Shown here piece after piece: positions 48,245-61,428 of a stretch of DNA of 64,000 bases; position 1 is the stretch's first letter; every line of letters begins with the position of its first letter. The position numbers and the translations under genes are program-made. Origin of the DNA: Asterionella formosa. Its lineage: Eukaryota. Under the pieces are notes generated by a model. The model worked only from the letters and a program-made list of their open reading frames with translations, was not told the origin of the DNA and did not search any database. The DNA is taken from assembly GCA_002256025.1 (NCBI GenBank), contig NKIB01013045.1, positions 1 through 64,000 of the forward strand, read 5' to 3'.

Positions 48245-48797
48245 ATAAATCCACAACAATACAATATGCCGTACAACGTAGACTTATTACCGTACCCGGT
48301 CTGTATGTTACTGTTTACAGGCAGTCTACGGTTATCTGCTCCAGGTACCCGGTACTTCGGTATTGGTTGAGTACTAGTGCATCTCGAAAGTTCATGACAT
48401 TTACCGGTGCCCGGTAACTTACCAGGTAGCATACTACCTGGTAGTCAACTGGCATATCTCATACTTAGAAATACCTTGATTTTCCATACATAAATATGTA
48501 TATTGGGGTACCGGTATGCAGTCTCATCAGCGGGCAGAGGGGGAGCAACTTGTTATAAGCAAGCGCGAGGGAGACCGCTACCAGTTACCCCTGGTACCAA
48601 ACCACAAGCAAACAAGCAACAAGGAAATCAAGCAATTTTTCGGTATTAATTATCCTGTTGACTTCTACGCACCTGGTCAGACAGGAAAAAGTTTGGATTC
48701 GCCATGCAGCGGCAGGTTTGTCGTCTATTTCACTCTCTTGACCTATTATTATTCCACCAAATACACCACATACTCGACTCTATACATAATTTAGACT

Positions 48798-51700
48798 ATG
48801 GTGGCAGAGCCAGAGTTAGTGATGAAGTCTGAGATGAAAAATACGGTGCCAAGTCAAACAGTTGTCGACACTACGCAAGTCCCACGTGTTAAACAGGAAG
48901 GCGAGGACGTGACACACGGAGGCAAGCTCCAAAATTCTTCAACGGCTATTCATTCCAGACCGAATACATCACCTAATCCAAAAATCAAAATTGATGCAGC
49001 TATCGGATTGTCTCAGGGCGAAAATGCACTTCCACAACTAGAAATGAAGGCGAGGGTGTCACAAAGTTCGGTTCCTGCTTCCGGTCTTTCTGTCACCGAT
49101 GGCAAGTCATTAAGCGTCAACGCTATCCCACCTCATGGAAACACCTCATCTTTGACAGAGAATTCGCTACAAAGAGCCATCGGACCCCTCCAACATTTTG
49201 GTCACTCCCAGAAAGCACACGGGTGGCCGTCGTCACAGACCCACGGAAATGGGAATGGTTCACACCAGACGCAGTCTTGCGCTCCTATGACTGCCAAGGC
49301 CCCGTTAAACTCAGTCCCTAATGTACAGCCACCATTATCAAAGGATGACACATTGCTCGATACTATCAAGACGAGCTCTGAAGGCGATTGTGTCACCCGA
49401 TTGCCTTCTGGCACTCAACAATATCAATCTACCACTCCGACTCAGCTGAAAAATACAGTTAAAGCGACTTCAATGCCCCCTCCCCCACCGAAATTAATAT
49501 CATCGATTGAAATGCAAGATATCGATCCAACGACTGTAGTTGATGATGTTGTGCACAAACTCCGCGCTCCGCTTATCAACAAATACGGGTCATTTATTCA
49601 TCCAACCGATACTTCGTTGTCTGACGCTAGAAAGCGGCTGCAATCAGCCCTTGAACAAACAAGGATCTTGCGTTCAGCCTTCACTAATCGATTGTATGAG
49701 AAGTATAGAGTGCTTCTTCGTCCTGTTCCCAAATCGATTAATGAGATTATCGGTACAATCAATGCGGACCCCGTGGCAGCCAACGCAACACTCACGGAAG
49801 CTACTCGAATACTCAAGGAAGAAAAAGAAATAGAGAAAAAGGAAGCTCAATCGGCTGCATCCGCAGCTTTGAGCTCCGGAGATAGTGCTGCCAATTCCGC
49901 TGCTTTGATGGCTAGTTCGCTTGAGACTGCTGAACAACTTGCGTACATTGGTGCTGGTCTCAACCTCGTCATACTTCCCGAAGATGATATTGATGAGCAT
50001 GATATGGTACTGCAATCCTTTGAGCATCGCGGTCCTACCAATCCCGAAACTGGACAGCGAGTTGGAGGTATCAGTGCTGCTGCTGCCACGGCTGCGGAGG
50101 TACTGCTAGATCGAGTTCGACGTGCCCGAGCTCTGCGAGTCGACCGACAGAAACAACGAGTTACTCAGGGCGCGCCGGACGAAGCAACTGTAGGGTTCGG
50201 AATCGAGCTTTCGGTGACGAATCCAGTTTTATCAATGCTTAATCTCGTATCAAATAATACGGCGGACTCGCAGACCGTCGTGGTGGAACAAAGGGCACCT
50301 TTACCTGTCGCTCCGAAGGCGCCAAAAAAAATCGCTATCATGAAGACAAGCTCGTCGTCCCATTTGTCGACAGTATTAGGAAAGAGTGGCCGATCACGGG
50401 TGCAGATGCCCACGTCCAGTATCAATTTGCTGAGTCTTAATCCGAGCGCAGAGGAGCTGCCTTACGACGACGTAAAGTTGGCATCAACAAAAGCGCTTGT
50501 TGCTCAAGGAGTTGGTACCATATTTCAACCCAAATCTTTTCAAAATCGGTATCGTCACCCTCACCCCGATTCCCTTGGTGGGCGAAGTTCTGCAATGCAA
50601 TCCAGCGGAAGAGTCACAACATCACATGGCCCCAATCCTGTTGGGATTGAATTTTTAGATCTCCCAATGATATCAGTTGGAAAGGAACGCAGATTTAAAA
50701 AGGCTGTCAAAGTCTCTGATCGGAGGGTCGTATCGAATGAGCGCGTCGTGACGTGCCTTGATTCAATACTTGCACAATTTGCGATAGCAGGGGAAATAGG
50801 CTCGAGAGTGAACACGCAAAGTGAGCCGGAATATGCATATTCTCAAAATGAAGCAGAATCTATATCTCCAACTCCGATATGCGTCGAAAATAAATCAGAA
50901 AATCATTCTTGTAGTCAACGCCGAACCACAGAAATCGGCTTGCTTTGTGGAATGCATCACTCCGCAGAGGGATGCAACAAGCCGATGGAAGGGGATGGTA
51001 CAGTTCTGGATCAACCCTTAGAGAACGCTTCAGGGATTTCAGCTACTTCGTTAACTAAATTGGCAGTTGAGGCCATTGAAGCAGATCAACCTCTTGAGCC
51101 AATCCTTGCTTTCTCAGTGCTTCACGCATTAGGACTCGTTCGGGATACACATCACAGCCAACACTCGTTGTCAAATAACATGATGAATCGAATTGCATCT
51201 CCCTTCTCCTCGAATAAAAGGGATCAAAACACTAACGAGAAATGTTGGCCGGGTGGTAGCGCAAAGCTCAATTCCTTGTGCCAGCGCGTTTCAAAAAATA
51301 AGCGTCGATTTAGTGAATATTTCTTAGAAAGCTCCTTTAAGGTCGAAAAGGACGTTTCAGCCAAGAAGAAAAAAATTTCAGCACAAGTTCCCAAGCGTGA
51401 AGTAATCTTGACTGGAAATCCTGAGAATGACGTAACCTCACCTGGAGTAGAAGAATTGAATAACCCTTTCAAGTCCGAGACTGTTCCTGAAGGTATCGCA
51501 TTTTCGCAGTCAGAGGAACATAGCTTGAAAGCAGAGTCAAGAGGATCAGGAGAAGTTATGTCTATTCGGGGCGGAGGAGGTGGAGAAGACCCTGATTTCT
51601 TGGACGATGAGAGGACGGGCAGCACAAGGTCTGGCAAGAAGCGACGAGTAGTTCAATCGGGGTTTTCAAAAGAGAAACGGACAGGACCCGACAATGAATC

Positions 51701-54700
51701 GCCACGTCGTAAGGAAACAGACGCTGAATTCAGATCCCGCCACCCAAATTATGAATCAAGCTCGTCACTGGTCCATAAAGTCTCATCTGCAAAACGTGAA
51801 ACAAATGAAATTCTATCGCAGCCATCGGTTCAAGCTTCTCCCATGGTCAACTCAAATTGTTCTAGTTCGTCATTTTCTCCTCCTACGAGCAACTCTGCGA
51901 TGATGGTGGCTGCGCGGCAACATCAAGCGGCATTGGCACAACGAAGCGTAAATCAGGCTATTGCTGCTTCTCACGAGAGATTTCATCATTCGCCTGCATC
52001 GCTTCACTTACCAGGGTCATTGCATCATTCAAGTTTAAATAGAATGCCTGGTCATCCGGGTAATATGACGGATTTCTTTGGGGGACTTCATGCATCTGCC
52101 CAACGAGGTCCTTTCGGTAGTTTGACGGATTGGTCCCAATTAGACGCAGCGAATGCGACAGTTGGACTACTACCTTCTCACTCCTCCCTTGCCATGGGAC
52201 TTCATCAACAGCATGCTGCCATGGTGAATCTCTCAGTGGATAGAGCTGCAAGAGCCATGCTTGTTCGAGAGCATCAAAATGCTGCTGTTGCTGCCGCCCA
52301 GCGACAAGCCGCTGCGAGGGCATCAGGTGTAGCAGGCTTGTCTGCGCAACATGCTGCAATCTTGATGGGACAACAAGGAGGTGCAGCACTTTTCCAATCG
52401 TCTGCTTCTAGGTTCCAACATATTGGAGGCCATCCTGGCTCCGCAATGCTCCCATCCCCTGCAGCAACTATGATGAGCCAAGGTGCTTCTATGGGCGCTC
52501 ACCTTCAGGCAATGCAGCGCGCTGCAGGGTCAAGACCAGGATCGTCGTCGTCGGTCATCTCGGGTAGAACAAGCCGTCCATCCTCTGCAAAGGGCCGCTC
52601 AAAGATCAACAAGGAGGAAAAGTTACTGGATGAAACAGCTAATAGCAAGCTTATCGTCCCAAGTCACGGCGTTGATGACTGTTCGAATAAGAAGCGAAGC
52701 ATAGCTGAGCGACCTCAATCAAGTTCATTGATTGATGGTATAGCTGAGCGACGCCACTCAAGTTCATCGATTGGTGGTATAGCTGAGCGACGCCACTCAA
52801 GTTCATCGATTGGTGGTATAGCTGAGAGACCGGGCTCAAGTTCATCGATTGGCGATGTAGCTGAGCGACCACAATCAAGTTCATCTATCGGTTGTAATAG
52901 TAGAAGTGGAACAAGCGGTCAAAGCAAACCGTTGGTGAAACAATATGCTGACAGTCAAGGGGAGATCAAAAATTCCTATCAATCACTTGATGTTGTTCAA
53001 GAAATGAAGAGCCCAAAACTGTCTCCGCAGACTTCAGTGCCCCTGCAAGTATTAAGGCACACGAAAAGTGTCGCTCACGACATATTGTCATTAACCAAAG
53101 GAGATGCACCGGAAGAAAGTGGCAAAGAAGTCGACAAAGTCATAAAAAATGATGTCACCCAACCACGTGACCTCGGAAAATCAGCTGCAGATTCACAGCA
53201 AAGTGTAGCTGTTTTGACAGCAGGGATGCAATTTTTCGCTCCGAACATTCCGGATTCACTTTCCTCGGAGATGGCGAACGAAGTCTTGGAAGCTCGTGTC
53301 CACGTTGCCGCCAAGAAGGTCACAGATTGTAATTCCCGTGCATTACTCGAATTCGTTCAATCTGTGGGTGCAGCAGTTCCCATACCGAAAGGTCTTGTAG
53401 GTCATCCTTTGAAAGAGAGGTTTGCGTCGCCTATTTTCAAGGCCTCCGGGACAAGCTCTCAAGCAATCCCTCGTGAGGTATGTTTCTTTGCATGTGGGCA
53501 AAATGGTTTTGCTTTCGTCTAACATGTCTAACAAAAAACAGGTCGTTGCGGCAATTGTTTTGATTTGGCTTTGGGTTCAACACAAGGAGATCTTTCAGAG
53601 GGCTTTCGCAAAAAGTGGACGAATCGACGTTGACCCTGAATGCAAGTGGCTTATACAAGCTGCTGTCGATACCGCCACACGAGCATTGGCAGCTGAGTTT
53701 GTGCCTAAAACCAATTCTGTTGGAGATGGGAAGAGCAAAGGCATGTATGGGCTAGAGAGCGTTGCAAATACAGAGCTTCAGGTTGCATCAACCGTAAGCA
53801 AGGCTCTAATGACGGAAATGTGCATCGACGGAGAAATTGTAAGCAGAAATCGCTACATCGTTAAAAACTCGAGAGATCTGGTCCATCACTCACCTCTGTA
53901 TACCTGTTCACTATTTCACAGGATGTTGTACTCCCTGTTTTCGACGATCTTGTCGAACTGCTCGATGAAGCACGAATGTGCTCCTTGCGGTCAAAATGCA
54001 GCGAACGATCGCTGTTGGCGGCACTGATAGCTAGAACAGCAACAATGTCAGAATCATTTTCTCACTCGTATGTTAGCTCAATGGTTCGAGCTGGTGAAGC
54101 TTTGGGTCATGGCGAGCTTTTTGAGTTAGTTCAAGATGAAAAAACGCTCACATCAACAATGATTCCATACGACATTTTTTCGGATGAGCACGGTGCATGG
54201 GAGGATCCCTGCCGGCTTCCCTTCGGTTTTACGCCAGGTCTCGCAGGGGAAGACCTCATGAAAAGGGCTCATGCTCGAGCTATGATTCACAAGTCGTTGA
54301 GAAAAATGCAAGATAGAAACAATATCAGGGGTGGAACAACAAATTCAGGCCCATATACAGAGAGCACACCGGCGCAATCACCGACAAGTGCAAACACAAG
54401 CACTGGTCCTGGTCGCGGCTTGCAAAGGATCCCAAGTGGTTCTTTGAAGAAACGATCTTCGTTCACCTTTTCCGGGGACGTAACACAACCTGGAAGTGGG
54501 TCCGCTCCAGCTAGAAGCATTGCACAGTATAACCCCAATCATTTCTCCGCGCCTTTGTTTTGGGATAGCAATATTATCGAGAACACTCCATATGGGAAGC
54601 ATGTTAAGGGACCTCGACCAAGTGTATTTTCGTTGACCAAAAGCATGGTGGGAGGCAGAGGCGGGAAAGGCGACCGAGGATCTTCTTGTGCAGACGCCAC

Positions 54701-55124
54701 CTTAAACCTACCAATGTCGACATCTGCGGAAAGTTATTTTGAAACCGACGGCCCCATGCGAAGTACTGAAGAAGTAGAGTGGATAGAGGTCGCAGCAATA
54801 TTTGAGACTGTGAACTTGGAGGGTACTCTGTCCGTGAAACGGTCGAAAAAAATGGGTCACCTTCGAACAAATACTGTCGGGCCTCAGAAAATCATAGCGC
54901 CGTTCTGTCGAAAACTTGAAAGTGCACTTACAGACATTTATGAAGAAGAGTCTGACATCGATGAAGATTTGAGCGATGAAACTATCCTTCAGCGGCATCA
55001 ACACATACTTGATGTGATGAAAGAGAAACTTGACAGGGTGATGGAAAATCGTCCGTTAACTGCACAGCAACGTGCCCGCAATCGAGCTGAGGCTCGAAGA
55101 AATACCAGCATAGATGGATTTTGA
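48798..55124 (+). CDS. Large low-complexity, probably nuclear protein (~2059 aa). Exons 48798-53477, 53542-53838, 53922-55124.
   Basis: GT-AG introns 53478-53541 and 53839-53921 join three ORFs in frame. It has NLS-like basic clusters and a C-terminal IIAPFCR..EDLSDETILQRHQ segment. Confidence 0.88.
52701..52892 (+). repeat. Coding minisatellite, 5 x 39 bp (IAERxxSSSSIGG)
   Basis: ATAGCTGAGCGAC..CTCAAGTTCATCGATTGGTGGT repeated in frame. Confidence 0.95.
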
Positions 55125-56399
55125 AAATCGATCACTAAGTAGACAGATAAGTGGTAGACATTGTTTGCGTTGGACTGTAGGTGTTTTTAAAAGTGAAGAA
55201 GGCAACCGTGAACCAAAGGCGCAAAGGAGTGGTCGCAATTGAATCGAGGCCCTGAAGGGGTGGGGCGTCAGCAAAGAATGGTAGTGTGTAACGTCGCCAG
55301 ATGACGCGATTGGAAGAAGCAGTTGCTTTGGTTTCTTGGGCGAAATCCATCAAGATTCCCAAGTGCGGGAAAAAGTTCCATTTTCTTATGCATGCAGTTT
55401 ATGAGCCTGACACATTTACTGTACATATATACCGGTAGATGCTTCGTTCGCGCAACAGACGATGTTATGTGGATGGACTTTATTTATGTTCATGGCAATA
55501 CCAGGTATTATGTACTCTAGCGGATAGATGAATGACCAAAACATGTGTATGCATAACGAAAAGTATAAATACGTGTTCTTTTCCGCTGGAAGTTATTGCC
55601 CTTGTGACGAATGTCATGCACGAATGTGACTTGAAAAGGTAAAACCTAACGAAAAAAGCAACAGGGAGTTATATCAAAAGGGCAATTGTCCAACGCATAG
55701 GAACGAGGACGCTGATGTCTGCGGCGAACTGGCAAGCAATGGCGCAATGAACTTAATAGCGACCCTGCAAATAATCCATGGCAATCAATCCATGACTACC
55801 ATTTCCTTTTGAATGAACGAATCAGCAAAAATTGATCCTTACAAGAGAAGTCTAATTGTTGGTCGAAACAGATCACTTTTGAAGAAAAGCGGGTGTGTGG
55901 GCAGAAGAAGTAACTTACGTTTCATGTGGATGCAGCAGGGGAGCGATATTCCGACGAGTTTTCTACCTTCTGTCTGGTAACTCATTCTACATTTATTTCG
56001 AAGGAGAAGCAAATTGCTCCCTTACCTCAAACTGGATTGAAATATCATTTACGGCTAATCGCATTTATTCTTCCAGCACATGACATGTTTTTCCATCATT
56101 TCCGGTTGAAAAGAAACCAACAAAGAATATAATGCGAGCCAAAAGGAGTGCATAATACTGTTTGTTTGTGCTGAGGTGTTGCAGTACATACTACATGGTA
56201 CCAGGGTACCGGTACCAGGTACCCTGGCTGGTAACGGTATGTAGAGGGGCAATAGTCGACTGTAGATGCAGGGACTTTAAGGCGATGATTCTCCTGCGCG
56301 CAGATGAAAATATCAAACTGAATGTATCATAATAGCGGTACATACATATTATTTAGTACTCGCAGCATTATATACCGTAGCATATTAGCCGGCAATGTT

Positions 56400-57500
56400 T
56401 TGTGGAAGAAATGTGTGCATACAATATGATGCTGTGTTCTCCTTCATGGTCCCAGCAAAAACTGCCTTGACCCATTTAGAATATTTTTGTACTGCTGCTC
56501 TGATGCATTGAAAACAGAATAACATGTTTTGCTATCAAAAAAGTAAATTCTGTGAGTACTGGTGCTGGCACAGCTCTTTCCTGAGCGTGTCCTGGTGTCT
56601 AGTCAGCTATGTAATGTGGTTGAGCTTTAAAGCCCCCACCTGTTCATGCATCTCGATTTATTGCCTAGAAGGGAGAAGTAGCATTGACCCATTGAAATCA
56701 ATGTCTACTAGCTGGTATTAATTATCATATTCTCAGAGGTAAGCTTTCAATAAAAATTTGAATGCAACAGCCGGCTTGATAAATGCAGCTCTGACACTTC
56801 TAAATGAATGTTTCTAAAATTATCGATAATTTGCTTACCTCGATTTGGAGGATTCCAACAAAAAACCTAACTCAATGGGTCAAAGCAGTTTAAAAAAGGC
56901 TGCTGGAAGAACCTACTGAGTTCTCCCATTTGCTTGATTACTTCGACTAGAATTATTTCATGCTTTGTGAGAACAAAATTTAGGACTTGGTAACCAAAGG
57001 TGTCAGCAAGTTTGGGAACAGCCATGTTGAGATTCTCATTGAATGTTGAATACATTCGACGTTTATAGCTGTATGGGTCACAGCAGTACTTCCTTTTTGT
57101 ATAAAATCATAGATAATTTAACATACCATCATATTGATGAAACCCCATTACAAGTTCGACTTTTGTCAAAGTATTTTGAAGATGATTCGCCCGAAAATAC
57201 CAGTATGGCCAAGAATTTGTAAGAAATCCTTGAACTGATCAAAATCACGACACCATTGTTACTAGTATCATCATCCCCCAGCAGCTGCTCCTGACCTCAT
57301 TCCATTCCATCCCATTCTTCATGGCAGCAAGTCTACAAGTACCATGACAATTAATTCTGCCTAGTTGTGGTCATATTTGCATCCCCATTGCACTTGCTTG
57401 TACCAAGTCACCATTGTTCTCAGTTCAGCTGCATGGTAGCTAGCGGCTTAATTTCCAGTTCCTCCGACCAGGAGCGAATTAAAACCATCGTTTTGAATTG
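56400..57500 (-). pseudogene. Unidentified decayed coding remnant
   Basis: Stop-interrupted protein-like frame around 56867-57055 in CpG-depleted sequence. Confidence 0.25.
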
Positions 57501-58481
57501 ATCATCTCTAACTTATATGAACAAATCGACAACTGTCATTTTTATAATTACAAAGTAATTGCATCAATTCAGCAAAATATTCTTATACTGAGCATGATTC
57601 CAACTAAAGGCAAAAATTGCTGAGCAGTCCATTCTGTGTTTGGTACACTGGTAGTCTGTTCTGGAATCACTGGTCTCGCATTTACAAAAAAATTACCATG
57701 AACCAGAGAGTGTTTGTAGTAACTATGATGAAAGGGAGGAAGAATTAAAAACAAGAGGATGGGTTTGGCTGTACTACTAGTAAATATAATGAACGAGAGG
57801 AGGCATAACAAACAAGAGGAACCTGCATAACTGTAAAATTTTTAAACTGTTTGTAAACATAGTTAGTTATACTACTCTGTCAGGCAAACAATCTTAAAAA
57901 AAATATCAGATCACACCACACTACAATTCGTTACACTATTTTTTGCACAAATTCATTTGTGATTTCAGATTGCTCCCACTATCATACTGATAGTTGATGT
58001 TAGCTACTACTCCTACTTCACATGAGAACAGATGATTCTAGTCTGTTTTTACCATCCTACAATGTTATAATATTTGTCATCAATGATGGTGTACATATTT
58101 TTGAGCAGCGTAATCTCGACCAGCCTTTTCAAAAAGTAGAACACATAAAAACTTGTTATTGAATTTTATGATTCTATAGAAGTAGCGCTCGGGCTACTAG
58201 TTCGCAACTACCCTAGTAACTAGACAGCAATAGTGAAACACGAATATCCTCAAAAAGCAAATCTCCGAGTTTCATACCACCAAATCAAACATGTATATCA
58301 AATCTGTTGTACGTACGAGCTGTATTGAGAAATAATCACCACCTTCTATCAAGCCATGTTTTTGGATTGATCAATTAGCTCACTTTGATCCTTAAATTTC
58401 TGTTTCCCATCTCTGACATGAGACTCCCACCAAGAAATTGAGTTTTATAGCTTTGTATCATCGATTTCGACCCGAAAATTG

Positions 58482-61428
58482 TTATGATAGCTTATCAGCT
58501 TCTACCATTGCCATCAACTCTTCACAGACCTCTTTCAAATCTTTATTCTCTAACACTAGCTTCTCCTTTTCTGCAACAATAGATCCTAAGCTAAGATGTG
58601 CTGCTTTGCAGTTTTCATTAGACTCGTCAAGCTTCGTTTGCATGTCTCTTTGAGTAGCATTCAGCCTCTCGACAACTATAGTGTATTCCTGGACTTTTCT
58701 GGCTGAGTTCGCCTCATTTGTTGCAATGACTAAAATAGATTGAGTGAGATTTAAAACAAAAAAGCCATCACGAAGAAGTATGCTTACCAGCCTTTGCTTG
58801 AGCTAATTCTGCCGCCATATCCATCTCTTTGGTTGCTTGTTCCTTCCGCGCCACTTCAAGTATTATGCTCATAGCCTGTATTTCACGTTCTGCCTTCCCT
58901 AATCTAGCTACTGTCAATTCGAACTCTGATTTGAGGCGCAAGTATTCCACATTAGCTTTGGCAAACTGCTCCTCAGCTGCAGCAATCATTTCTGCTCTGA
59001 CCTCGTCTCGAGCCTCGTGGCGCTTCCGTTTCTCGTCATCCATCGCCTTCTTGTGTTCAAGTTTAGATCGTTCCCATGAGCCTAACAACGTCGAATATTG
59101 AATTTTCGTCAAGTTTGCCTCTTCTGTCGCCGCCTTTAACGCATCAACATATGTTTGATGCTCGGCATCTAGCTCACTACTTCGACTGGTGGCTTCGGCT
59201 AACTGAGTTCCAAGTGCGGCAATAATTGCGTCCTTTTGCTTCATCTTGGTTTCCAGGGCGATAGACACTTTCTTGTTCTCTGCTTCAACCAAGTCTAGCT
59301 GAGAAATTAATTCATCAATCTCACCGGTGTGCTCCTTACGTAATTCTTGCACTCGCGTTTGTGAATCACTGTGGGCCCGCTCATTGTCAGCCTCCAACTT
59401 AGACACTAGATCAATGAGTTCTTTCTCACGAATGCTGGGTTCTAAATGTTGTGAAAGGGCTTCAACCTTTTCGCATTCCAGTTGTACCCTCAAAAGGCCG
59501 AGCTGCGTCTCTAATTCAACCTTCGACTGCAGTCTCTCAGCCTCATGCTGTGCTAACATCTTATCGATTTGAGTTGAATAATCTGCGGACAAAGATAGCA
59601 GTTTACTCTCAAGTACTTGAATTTTCTTGTGACTTTCGCGCTTCTCGTCGTCACATTGGGTGAAATAGGAACTGTGTGCTTCATCAAACTTGGCCTTCAT
59701 TCGTGCTACCTCGTCCATGTGAAACATCTCCATTTTCTCAATAGCAGCAGCTTCTATGGCACTGGAAGTAGAAGCTTTCTCCACTAAATGATTGATTCTC
59801 TCTTGCAACTCCTTCCTCTCCACCTCGAACGCATCGACCAGTGATTGTCTCGCTGTTGCGAGTTCAGTCACCACAGTATGCATTTCAGCTTTATATTTAG
59901 CATCGGCCAACATGCGCTGTGAATTATAATCATCGTGTAACTGACTGATTTGCACTTCGTATTGCATCTGCAAATCGTTTCGAACTTGCTTTTCCTGTGA
60001 AAGGAGATCATCAATCGAGGAACGAAGTTGCTGGATGTCTAACTTCAACTCCTCCGCCTCTGCATTCATTCGATGGGCTTCTTCGACATGAATGGCCACT
60101 ACATTTTTTAGTTCGGTATTCAGCTCGCTGATGTCGTGAGCGTATTTTGTATTCGCCCTATTATTCAGGGACTCCACCTCATTTTGATGCATACTTGAAA
60201 TACTGGCAATAGCCTCCTCGTGCTTAAAGCGAAGTAGATTTAACTCATGATCAAGACTCAATGAACACTCTAGCTCCAGAGCTTTCTTCACATTTTCTAT
60301 CGCGATTTTGTGTTCAGAGTCACATTTACTACGTTGGTTTGTATGATAGTCTTCAATTTCCTGGATGGCTATTCCATGCTCAGCTTTCATCAACACAATT
60401 CCTTCCCCGGTATTTTTCTCCAAAAGATCTATCTTTGCTTGCAGCCCCTGAATAACGTTAGCACTGTTACCTTTGAAAGTGGTATGTTCCAGCTCCAGCT
60501 CCGCGACACGATCTTTAAGGTCTCGATTTTCAGTCTCAAAACAATTCTTCATGTGATCCGATGCGTTTTGGAGATCAGCCACCTTGGATTTTTGTTGGTT
60601 AACTAATTCTTCAACCATATTTTCATAGTTGCTATGCGCGAGTTTGACCATCATCTCCATCTCTTCAACAATCTCCCGTTCCAATTCAGCTTTTCGGGCC
60701 TCCACCAAGGTATCCATTTGGGATTGAAGCTTTGCTACTTCTTCCTCGTGCTCAGCACTCCAAGCAGCACCATGTTTCTCCAATTCTTCTTGTGCTTCTT
60801 TCTGCACTCGCTCGGTGATTTCCTTCTCAAATTCTTGCTTTGCTTGTTCGATCCATAATTTTTTGGTCCTCTCAAGAGCTTCGTCCATCTTGGCTTGTAT
60901 TTGCACCGACGGTGAGCTTGACCGCTCCTCACTATCACTGAACTGAAAGTTTTCATTTCCAATTCGAATTGGATTGAAGCGTTCGCAAAAGTCATCGGGC
61001 AAAAATGCAGTGTCGTCAAAGCCAACTAAAGCTTCTGATGAGGCTGAAGCCTGGACCTTCAGTTCTCCGTCAAAGCTGTCATAGGCATCGTAGAATTTCT
61101 GAGAGGATTGATTCGGGTCAACTTTGAGTCGAGAGAGAGCTGGAGTAGGAATGGCCAAACCTGGGGTCTTCATGGCAAACGAAGATTTATGTTGCGACGG
61201 AGTGGAGACTTGGAAATGTCGTTGGAGGTCATCCTTGGTGTGGGGCGATTCCCAACTTGATGCTATTGACGTCGTGTCATCGGACATTGTAAGATCAAGT
61301 TTGATACCTTGATTATCATTATTTTCATCCATGACGCCCCTGAGCAAGTTTGTTTGACTCTTTCGAGCTCTAAGTCTTGCAGGTGACCCAGTGAGCAAAG
61401 ATTCAATCATTTCCAAATCACGATCCAT
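58482..61428 (-). CDS. Long coiled-coil protein with a TACC-like C-terminus. Exons 61428-58788 and 58729-58482.
   Basis: Extended heptad-rich E/K/L region. Intron 58787-58730 gives the tail ENKDLKEVCEELMAMVEADKLS*. Confidence 0.85.

Noticed and set aside
47997..48432. Short ORFs with PGAWCLV/APGTRHQ repeats
   Set aside because: These are translation artefacts of the heptamer microsatellite.
58181..58216. Helitron 3' end (AGTAGC..GCTACT hairpin, CTAG-T)
   Set aside because: Short hairpin, and CTAG/TA motifs are common here. No supporting 5' end or Rep/helicase.
49202..61312. Many antisense or alternate-frame ORFs over long CDSs
   Set aside because: These are shadow ORFs of real genes.
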